In this document: positions 1 to 9,370 of the stretch, in pieces
Layout of the letters: each line of letters opens with the position of its first letter
Position numbering within the stretch: position 1 is the stretch's first letter
NCBI GenBank assembly: GCA_964016885.1
Contig: OZ024741.1
Span: 315,890,001 to 315,954,000, forward strand
Length of the DNA: 64,000 nucleotides
DNA from: Eledone cirrhosa
Lineage: Eukaryota
Direction of reading: 5' to 3'
Notes under the pieces: generated by a model
Seen by the model: only the letters and a program-made list of their open reading frames with translations
Database searches by the model: none
What the model was told of the DNA's origin: nothing
Program-made: the position numbers and the translations under genes

Positions 1-550
1 ATCCTTATACCTCATTTTTGGTTTACGTGGAGGTCGTTTTCCTTTAACTACTCTCCATAAAAGAGTTGTTTTGGTATCCTAGAATCTTCTAACCTGGCAA
101 GGTGACCACTCCATCGGAGTTTTTGCTTAAGCACAAGAGCTTCTATGCTTTCACACAGAGAGCTTTCCAAAATCTCGACATCACTTATGTGGTGCCTCAA
201 GTGAACGCCATCAATCCGTCTCAGACACATGTGATGGAAACTATCCAACTGTTTAAGGTGGTGCCGATATGTGACCCAGGTCTCGCAGGCGAGAAGAGAA
301 GAGTGCACACATGCCTTGTACACCTTTACCTTTGTCTTCTTGCATATGTCTCGCCGACCCCAGAGGCCCCTTTTTAGCTTTCCGAAAGCATCACTTGCTT
401 TCCTAATCCTGTGTGGAATTCATTATCAAGGTTGCTGTATCGATTGAGAGTGCTTCCCAGGTAGACAAACTGATCAACCACTCCAAGTCGTTTATCATAC
501 ACATAGATATTTGGTTCATTGTACTGTTTACCAGGGGCAAGTTGGTACAT
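1..550 (-). mobile_element. Decayed RTE-clade LINE fragment (3' part of RT and thumb region)
   Basis: Minus-strand ORF 48..323 reads YKACV.SSLL.CETW...CLRRI...LRWSGHLARLEDSRIPKQLFYGE. Upstream on the same strand is VDQFVYLGSTL...RIRKASDAFGKL. Both are typical of RTE ORF2; stops and frameshifts are present. Confidence 0.85.
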
Positions 551-560
551 ATATATATAC

Positions 561-1527
561 TATTTTACTCTTTTACCTGTTCCAGCCATCCGACTGAGGC
601 CATGCTGGGGCACGGCCCTTGTTGCTATACGTTCTATCTCCAGCCTGTGTTGACTGGCCATTGGTGTAAGAGGGAATTCGTCGCTGCTGTCCGTAGGTTC
701 CCTTCGTGCTGTGGGCTCACCCAGGATCCTGGATAGCAGAGTGTCAAGATGTTTCTTGAAAACATCCACGTTCACACCAGGCAGCTCTCTCAAATTTGTT
801 GGCAACTTGTTGAAGAGTTGAGGGCCTTTGAACCACAGGCTATTGCAATATCTGCTCCTTATTCTAGATGTGAAAGGCGGGGCATTTGGCACCACACAAT
901 GACGTCCTGTTTTGGGGTTGGTCCAGCTCTCAATGCCAAAGTTTGGTGCTAGTCCCTCCATGATTTTTCATATGTATAACACAGTGTATCTCTCGCGTCT
1001 TTGTTCCAAGGAGTAGAGTTTCAGTTCTTTTATTCTATCCCAGTAGCTCATCTCCTTCATCGTGGCAATCCTCTTGGTGTAGCTTCGTTGGATTGCCTCA
1101 AGCTCCGTGGTTAGTTTGACACTATGGGGGTTCACAGTTCGGAGGAATAGTCCAGTCGGCTTAGGACAAATGTCCTCTATAGTATCAACATGACTTCTCG
1201 GTCTCTTATCCGGAAAGTCTTCAAGATCCAGCCAGCGAGTCGTCTGTACATTTTCGCCACCCACATGATATGTGAAGAAAAAGATACATCGTCGCTCATG
1301 TCTATCCCCAAGTCTCGTATCGATTTCGACACGGGAATTTCGTACTGTCTTTGTGTTAGCAGGTTGATATTGTCGGGTTTAAAATTTTCTAGCATTAAAC
1401 TGCATGTTGTTCTCCTCAGACCATTTGTATATCGCATCCAGATCTTGTTGTGAAAGGGCAGCATCAACCGGGTCTAAGATTGCCTGTGCTACCTTTGTGT
1501 CATCAGCATAACTAGTGAAGGATGTTG

Positions 1528-1530
<3 letters not shown>
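561..1530 (-). mobile_element. 5'-truncated CR1/L2-type LINE fragment with 3' tail
   Basis: YADDTK catalytic motif (~1497-1514), QQDLDAIYKWSEENNMQFNARKF, RDLGIDMSDDVSFSSHI, LEAIQRSYTKRI...SYWDRIKELKLYSLEQRRER and GPQLFNKLP across frameshifted ORFs. Ends in an ...acaggtaaaagagtaaaa tail at ~563. Confidence 0.85.
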
Positions 1531-1577
<47 letters not shown>

Positions 1578-1599
1578 AATATATATATATATATATATA
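1528..1599. repeat. (CA)n/(TA)n microsatellite
   Basis: Directly visible dinucleotide runs. Confidence 0.95.
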
Positions 1600-2257
1600 C
1601 ATTATGAAGAGAGAAGAAACATTTAGATATAATTAGTAATAAAATGTATCATACCTAAACTGCTCCTAGATTCCTCGACTACGTAGTTTCGTGGCATAAA
1701 CAAAACCAATACATCATAAAGATATAGAGTCCTTGCGAGGTCTGCCGGCTTATCAAGAGGATACCTCATTTTACTAGTCTCAAGAACGCGTCTACACGAC
1801 GTGAGAAAGAATCCCAAAAGGCGGAGGGGGAGATAGACACGCGATATAACGGTCGAGAAACAGAGCTAAGCCTCTTATAACCCCGAAGAAAATACCACGG
1901 AGGCGGAGGGGGTATTTATATCGAAGCCGTAGAAGAGGTGGTGAAGGAGGCGAGAAGTATGAGTAATGGAATCTTTCCAGAGGCTTAGCTCTGTTTCTCG
2001 ACCGTTATATCGCGTGACTATCTCCCCCTCCGCCTTTTGGGATTCTTTCTCACGTCGTGTAGACGCGTTCTTGAGACTAGTAAAATGAGGTATCCTCTTG
2101 ATAAGTCGGCAGACCTCGCAAGGACTCTATATCTTTATGATGTATTGTTTTTGTTTATGCCACGAAACTACGTAGTCGAGGAATCTAGGAGCAGTTTAGG
2201 TATGATACATTTTATTACTAATTATATCTAAATGTTTCTTCTCTCTTCATAATGTAT
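1597..2257. repeat. Long inverted repeat: 279-bp arms (1597-1875 / 1979-2257), 103-bp spacer; probably Penelope-like terminal-repeat derived
   Basis: The arms are reverse complements with about 3 visible mismatches, and ORFs 1623..1817(-) and 2037..2231(+) translate almost identically. The Penelope assignment is inferred from architecture and a hammerhead-like remnant. Confidence 0.85.
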
Positions 2258-2704
2258 TTTTAACTCTGATACTGGTTCAGTCTAGTTCAACCGGATTGGT
2301 CTGTCCCAGTCATTCATTGAGCAACATCGGTGAAGTTGGCACCCTTAACTCACAGTTGGGTGCGGATGCATTCATGTATATGTGTGTGTCCGCATGTATC
2401 TGTGTGTTTCTAAATATATTATATATATATACCTATATATATATAAATGGAAAAAATGAACGAAATTTCATTTCTCACTCTCAGTACGGCTGTTACTTAA
2501 ATGTAAGTATGCATACGTACATACATATATGTATACAGACGTACAGTAGTATGTATATATATACATACATGCACACATATATGCATGTACGTATGCATTT
2601 ACCGAACATTTATTATAATGCGCGGTTTGTTTGTAAACAAAAATCCCGAATTAAGCCGTACAGTGTTTAGCAACCATCGTTGCCCTTTTTGTTCAACACT
2701 GACA

Positions 2705-2759
2705 AAGGAACGATGTACTAGTTTCAAGCTTATTAGCTATCGTCAGCAGCGTATACCTT
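2705..2759 (-). ncRNA. Minimal type I hammerhead ribozyme motif, copy 1
   Basis: Minus strand: AAGGUAU ACGCUG CUGACGA U AGCU AAUA AGCU U GAAA CUAG UA CAUCGU UCCUU. Both core boxes are intact, helix III is palindromic (ACUAGU), the cleavage triplet is GUA, and stem I has one C.U mismatch. Confidence 0.7.
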
Positions 2760-3132
2760 CCTGCCAGATGATTGAACGTCTGAAAGTATATACTTTCCTT
2801 ATGAATATTAACGGCTGAGTGGCCTAATTTGCATATCGAGTGAGTTAATCGGCCGGGCGCACCGAAAACGATAAATGGAAAAATGAAACTAAATTTCATT
2901 TCTCACTCTTAGTACGGCTGTTATTTAAATATAAGTATGTATACGTACATACATATATGTATATAGACGTACAGTAGTAAATATATATATACACACATGC
3001 ACACATATATACATGTACGTATGGATTTACCGAACAGTTATTATAATGCTCGGTTTGTTTGTAAACAAACATCCCGAATTAAGCCGTACAGTGTTTAGCA
3101 ACCATCGTTGCCCTTTTTGTTCAACACTGACA

Positions 3133-3187
3133 AAGGAACGATGTACTAGTTTCAAGCTTATTAGCTATCGTCAGCACCGTATACCTT
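3133..3187 (-). ncRNA. Minimal type I hammerhead ribozyme motif, copy 2 (best preserved)
   Basis: Minus strand: stem I ACGGUG/CAUCGU (6 pairs including one G.U) plus distal AAGG/CCUU, CUGACGA, stem II AGCU-AAUA-AGCU, GAAA, palindromic ACUAGU and a GUA site. Confidence 0.78.
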
Positions 3188-3453
3188 CCATACGTACATG
3201 TATATATGTGTGCATGTATGTATATATATACATACTACTGTACGTCTGTATACATATATGTATGTACGTATACATACTTATATTTAAGTAACAACCGTAT
3301 TAAGAGTGAGAAATGAAATTTAGTTTCATTTTTTCCATTTATCGTTTTCGGTGCGCCCGGCCGATTAATTCACTCGATATGCAAATTAGGCTGCTCAGCG
3401 GTTAATATGTATAAGGAAAGTATATACTTTCAGACGTTCAATCATCTGGCAGT

Positions 3454-3508
3454 AAGGTATACGGTGCTGACGATAGCTAATAAGCTTGAAACTAGTTTAT
3501 CGTTCCTT
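3454..3508 (+). ncRNA. Minimal type I hammerhead ribozyme motif, copy 3 (GUU site variant)
   Basis: aaggtat acggtg CTGACGA(3467-3473) t agct aata agct t GAAA(3488-3491) ctag tt tatcgt tcctt. The triplet is GUU and stem I is closed by G.U. Confidence 0.65.
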
Positions 3509-3707
3509 TGTCAGTGTTGAAAAAAAAAGGGCAACGATGGTTGCTAAACATTGTACGGCTTAATACGGGATGTTTGTTTACAAACAAACCGCGCATTATA
3601 ATAAATGTTCGGTGAATCCATACGTACATGTATATATGTGTGCATGTATGTATATATATACATACTACTGTACGTCTGTATACATATATTAATGTACGTA
3701 TACATAC

Positions 3708-3723
3708 TTATATATCAATATAT

Positions 3724-3757
<34 letters not shown>

Positions 3758-3804
3758 ATTTCAGCGAGATCGTATTTCGGCGAAGGCCAAAACAAAACAA
3801 AACG

Positions 3805-3853
<49 letters not shown>

Positions 3854-4027
3854 TATGGTGGTGGAGACGGAGAAGAAGGGGGATATATAGGGTAAGAGAG
3901 AGAGAGAAAGAGATAGTAAGAAAGTAATATATGTTAATTTTTCGTATAAATATACTTTGGCATGGGAAGTATGGCGGGATTGTTACCATCTCACTGTCTA
4001 TGGCTTGCACTAGAAATCAAAGATAAA

Positions 4028-4113
<86 letters not shown>

Positions 4114-4179
4114 GATTCTACAGGACTAGAACTGTTTCATTCTTTACTGTGGTTACCTCCGATTCAACCCGGAATAACT

Positions 4180-4224
<45 letters not shown>

Positions 4225-4420
4225 CTTACATACATACATTTGCAGGCACATACATACACAAATGCGCACCCATACACAGATATACACATATATATATATA
4301 TACATACACACACATATTACATATGTGTGTGTATGCGTACGTCTTTGTGTGTACATATACATATATATGTATACATGTGTGTGTATGTGTGTGTGTGTCC
4401 ATGTACATGTTCTACATACG
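3708..4420. repeat. Cluster of (TA)n, (GA)n and mixed TA/CA/TG microsatellites with short unique spacers
   Basis: Visible runs at ~3710-3850, 4030-4110, 4186-4220 and 4280-4400. Confidence 0.9.
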
Positions 4421-4614
4421 ACACACGCAAAAAAATCAATAATGTTTGGTGTATCAGATTCTTCAGATTTTAGTGAAGAAGAACTTTTTGGAAAGAATGT
4501 GAAGGAAGGGTGGAAGAAAGGAAGGAATGCCTTCGACGTGGCCAAGATCTTTTCGCTTTTATCTCCTTCATTTTATTTTTGAATAGGAAGACAGAGGGAC
4601 GGCAAATAAAACCA

Positions 4615-4716
4615 CAGTAGCAACAACAACAGCAGCAATAATATCTACCGCACAGCAGCTACTACAACAACAATAAGAACAACACAACAACTACAATAGT
4701 AATAATGATTTCTTTA

Positions 4717-4760
<44 letters not shown>

Positions 4761-5319
4761 ATAACACCGCACATAACAGCTACAACCACCACCACACACA
4801 AGAGATATTATCAACTGCAACAACATCAACAGCAACAACAGCAACAGTAACAACAACAACAGCAACAGCAACAGTAACAACAACAGCAACAGCAACAGTA
4901 ACAACGACAACAAGAATAACTGTTACAACGGCAGCTACAACAACAACAACAACAGCAACAACCACAGCAGCAACAACAGCAGTAACAGTAACAACAACAA
5001 CAAGAATAACTGTTACAACGCAGCTACAACAACAACAACACTAACAATTACAAGCACAGCAACAACAACAGCAACAATAACAGTTACAACAATAACAGCA
5101 ACAACAACAAAAACAACAACAGTTACAACAACAGCAACAAGAACAACAGCAACAACAAGAAGAATAACAGTTACAACGGCAGCTACAACAACAGCTACTA
5201 CTACTATTACTACATTAAAAGCAACAGCAACTACTACAAAATATAACAGCAATTTCAACAACAGCAACAACTACTAATAATGCTACATCAACAGCTACTA
5301 CTACAATAACTACCACTGA

Positions 5320-5381
<62 letters not shown>

Positions 5382-5520
5382 TTATTACTACTACTATTAT
5401 TACTACTACTACTATTACTACTACTACTACTACTACTAATACTATTACTACTACTACTGCTACTACTACTACTACTACTACTACCACTACTACTACCACT
5501 ACTGCTACTACTACTACTAT

Positions 5521-5578
<58 letters not shown>

Positions 5579-5590
5579 GCTGCTACTACA
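4615..5590. repeat. Trinucleotide low-complexity block: (CAA/CAG)n grading into (CTA)n
   Basis: Visible. Includes a ~35-bp sub-repeat (aagaataactgttacaacggcagctacaac) at ~4912, ~5002 and ~5160. Confidence 0.95.
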
Positions 5591-5784
5591 AAGGAAAGAA
5601 AAAGGAAAAATCGATATCTGTCTCTGAGATGATTGCAGTTCATCTATATAGGTGATAATTCTGGCAGAATCAATACCAACAAAAATTGATAGAGACCAAA
5701 ATAAAGAACTAAACATAAATAAAACGAAGAGAAACAAAGTAGTTGACCCCTCAGGACCTGTGTACGAGCAAACATACGTTGTTC

Positions 5785-6005
5785 CTTATCATCATCTTTA
5801 TCAGTAGCACCACCACATCATAACCATCCTTATCAATACTACTACAATCATCACCACTACCATCATAATCATCTCCCCCTCTCATCGCCACCGTCATCAT
5901 CCCTCACTAGTATCACCGCCACAATCGTCACTGTTACGATCATAAACATCCTCACCACCGAAACCATCATAATCACCATCATCCACACTACCATCAATCG
6001 TCATT
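5785..6005. repeat. Degenerate (CAT/CAC)n repeat
   Basis: Visible catcat/caccac runs. Confidence 0.85.
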
Positions 6006-6059
6006 GTATTGCAAAATATGTGTATATGTGTATATATATATATTTATGTGTATATATAT

Positions 6060-6232
6060 CAGTCTCTGTATCTGTGTTCCTGTCCCTTAATTTAGGGTTT
6101 CGACAAAAAGAGATCGATGAAATATGTATGAGACTTTCAAAAGGTAGTGGGGTCGATATGATCGACTAAATCTCTTTAAGATGATGTCCCAGTGGCCGCA
6201 GTCTAATGACTGAAAACAGTAAAAGAAAAAAA
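6060..6232 (+). mobile_element. 3' half of a SINE with LINE-like tail
   Basis: ggggtcgatatgatcgactaaa hairpin followed by cccagtggccgcagtctaatgactgaaaacagtaaaagaaaa, which aligns with the 3' end of the LINE at 563-615. Confidence 0.7.
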
Positions 6233-6349
6233 CTAGCTACGATATTAAAAGAAGAATATTTATTAAGATACAAAATATTAAGTTATCTTTGTTCTTTGAA
6301 AGGTTCATGCTGTCTATCAAAACACACGCACTAGATACTTTCTACTTCA

Positions 6350-6543
6350 GGGCGGTGGATTGGCAGTATCGGTAGAGGGTCGGATGCCATGCTTTGCAGC
6401 ATAGAGTTACGGCCCTTTATGATCTGAGTTCCAATCCCGCCGAGGTTAACTTTGCCTTTCATCCTTACGGGGTCGATAAAACAAAGTACCAGTAATGCAT
6501 TGGAATAATTGCTGACCTTGTGCCAAAAGTAGAAACAATTATT
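6350..6543 (+). mobile_element. SINE (tRNA-derived head), family A copy 1
   Basis: A-box-like tggcagtatcgg and B-box-like gagttccaatccc. The body gaggttaactttgcctttcatccttacggggtcgataaa is shared with two inverted copies at 8435-8820. Confidence 0.85.
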
Positions 6544-7302
6544 AAATGCAAGGAACCGATCGTCAGAGGAGACGAAGAAAAACCGTTTTCATTAGTCTTT
6601 CCATTAGCTGATACTATCTATTGGTCACTACTTCTGGCAGAAGAAAGAAAAGGAGCCAATCATCAAATCAGATCAAGTAAACAATGTTTCCACTTGTCTT
6701 TCTATTGCTGATATTGTTTGTCCGTTGAGACTCCTAGGAGAAAGAACAACGGGAAATAAAGTATTTTTTCTCAACACACTGCCCAATCAAATAAACGATA
6801 CAAAGACCTTATGATTTGCGTCGACACCGAATCTATTAGACCAGGCGATCTCACTTTATTAATAATCAGGTAATTAATCAATCAGTTGGTTAATCAACTA
6901 ATTAATCCATTGTCAATGTCGATTCATCCCGCTCTATGACCCTGTCGATAACTTTTATCCTCCGTGAGCCTTTTTCGTCTACACTTCAACTTTACTCCAT
7001 ACTTTTTGTTTTGATTCGCAGCATGGATTTCCCAAAGTACTACATCTGTTTCAATACACGATTTCACATGTATAAAAAGAAATCTTGACAATAACAACAA
7101 CAACAACAAAAAATACAAAAAGAAAAGCACTAAGTTTATTTATTTGCTGAAACCTGAGACCTAAAATAGAGCCAGCCATACAAATAGTTTGGATTTGATG
7201 ACTGATAAGATACAACATGGAGTAATGAAAGGGTGAATTAAATAAATAGTGCGAGAAAATTATAAATCATATTATATATATATATTATGTATATATGTAT
7301 AT

Positions 7303-7337
<35 letters not shown>

Positions 7338-7338
7338 G

Positions 7339-7385
<47 letters not shown>

Positions 7386-7433
7386 CATATATACATAATA
7401 TACACATATTTATATATACATATATATACACAT

Positions 7434-7700
7434 GTGAAGGTGCGTGGCCTAGTGGTTAGAGCATTGGGCTTGCAATCGAAAGGTTGTGAGTTCAATTCTC
7501 GGACCCGGTGATGTGTTGTTTCCTTGAGCAATACACTTTATTTCACGTTGCTCCAGTTTACTCAGCTGTAGAAATGAGATGAAGAGGTGCCGGCCTGCCC
7601 GCCCAGCCAATGGGATGGCGTTATCTTATGGCTAAAACAGCACGACGTGCTGTGACCAGCGGCTCCAAATGGACGCCCGACAGACTGGTCGGTCAAGGTG
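7434..7700 (+). mobile_element. tRNA-derived SINE, family B
   Basis: A box tggcctagtggttag and B box gagttcaattctc, then a CORE/V-like domain ccttgagcaatacactttatttcacgttgctccagtttactcagctgtagaaatgag. Flanked by TA/TG microsatellites. Confidence 0.85.
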
Positions 7701-7748
7701 ATATATACACATATTTATATATATACATATATATACACACATATATAA

Positions 7749-7796
<48 letters not shown>

Positions 7797-8434
7797 GCAA
7801 AAGAGGCAAAGATGAAAAAATAGGTTATTTTATATATCCCAATCTGAAAGTTCACTCGATGAAGTATTGACTAATTTTGTTCATGTTTGTATTTTCAGAG
7901 AAGATAGAAATTATTAACGAAATGATATCTGTATAATGGCATTTTTAAACCACAATAACAGCCTAATATAGGATGAAGTTTGATTGTTAAATACGTTTAC
8001 CAATCATACCAGTGTTGAGAAGTTTCCCTTTATCTTGCTGATTGTTGAATTACATTTTATATGGTTCCATACATGCCTTTATTCTGAATCATGCTGTGTT
8101 TGTGCTATTGATGATAAAGATAGGATCTAGTTACTGAGGCAGGAGGAAGGAAGAAAGAAAAGATGGAGCATGAAAGCCAATAAAAAATCTATTAGAACGC
8201 AGTCTGGCAATGGATGTGAATACAAAAGTAGAATCAATCAAATATAAGAGTGATGAATATAATATGACAGCCTGAAAAACTAAAGTAAAAACTTGACACT
8301 AATTACTCTACAGAAAGAATGTGTGTTCTGATAACAAAAATAAAACAATGCAAAAAGGTAAACAAAATACAAAAGTAACAAAAGATAATATCACACCGGA
8401 AATAGCAAAAAAGCAACCTCTCCTGAGTCAGTAA

Positions 8435-8625
8435 ATAATTGTTTCTACTTTGGGCACAAGGCCAGAAATTATTTCAGTACATTACTGGTACTTTATTTTA
8501 TCGACCCCATAAGGATGAAAGGCCAAGTTAACCTCGGCGAGATTTGAACTCAGGACGTAAGGGGACGTAACTATGCTATAAAGCATGGCATCCGATCCTC
8601 TACCGATACTTCCAATTCACCGCCT
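8435..8625 (-). mobile_element. SINE family A copy 2
   Basis: Reverse complement of 6350-6543 over its full length. Confidence 0.85.
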
Positions 8626-8627
8626 GA

Positions 8628-8820
8628 AAATATTTGTGTCTACTTTTGGCAAAAGGCCAGCAATTAGCCCAGTGTATTATTGGTACTTTATTTTATCGAC
8701 CCCGTAAGGATGAAAGGCAAAGTTAACCTCGGCAGGATTTGAACTCAGACCATAAAGGGCCATAACTCTTTGCTGCAAAGCATGGCGTCCAACCCTCTAC
8801 CGATACTGCCAACCTACCGT
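8628..8820 (-). mobile_element. SINE family A copy 3 (tandem with copy 2)
   Basis: Second reverse-complement copy directly abutting copy 2. Confidence 0.85.
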
Positions 8821-9370
8821 AAATGATAACCTGTAAGCAGAGCAGGCGCTGCCATTGAAGCCGATTGGAACGCAGATCTCAGAGAGAGTTCATTACTAAA
8901 CCTTAAATTTGTATATAAATGTGTTTAATTTGATTAAATATATAATAGTTTCCTGCGACTAATATCTCAGCAAACATCTTTGCCGCGAGGCAGCATTATG
9001 AAAATATCCAATGCAGTAGAAAAGGCAGTTTAGTGTGATGATCTATCACATGCTTTGGCGTGAGTGACTGCAGACGGTGTAGTAGAAAATACAGACTTAG
9101 TAACTTTCTTATTGTAGCCAGAGCAAGAAGTGTCGGAAAGCTTGATTTGTCACCTACCGAACTGTATGTTGAAATTATTTTACCTGGCAGATTAGTGAGC
9201 ATAACTGTGATAAGGGGAACACACAGTAGAGCTAGTCGTAGATAGGCGCGCATTGTAGCGCTATCCTATAGAACTAAATCTAAAGACAAACAGTAGTGCT
9301 AACCCAGGGCATTAAATAAACAAGCGCGCACTGTAGGGTTATCGTATGGCGCTAATTATATTGCCATACA

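Larger units (their letters stand above)
2445..3712. mobile_element. Non-coding ~428-430-bp unit, ~1.75 tandem copies on - plus ~1.2 copies on +, carrying hammerhead motifs (retrozyme / Penelope pLTR-like)
   Basis: Direct repeat offset of 428 (2740 vs 3168). The inverted segment starts at 3188 and repeats at 3618 (offset 430). There is one hammerhead motif per unit and no credible ORF. Confidence 0.75.

Noticed and set aside
1623-2231. Duplicated 64-aa protein on opposite strands
   Set aside because: A by-product of the inverted repeat, with a non-ATG start and no recognisable domain.
2585-3291. Two similar 77/92-aa ORFs
   Set aside because: They lie antisense to the ribozyme unit, start in TA/CA repeat and diverge at their ends.
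4110-5737. ORFs rich in YI, V, S, L or HT runs
   Set aside because: These are translations of di- and trinucleotide microsatellites.
5652-5807. Possible exon VIILAESIPTKIDRDQNKEL...
   Set aside because: Weak acceptor tract, no clear donor and no recognisable homology.
7434-7510. tRNA gene
   Set aside because: The acceptor stem is poor and the sequence continues into a SINE body, so it is a SINE head.
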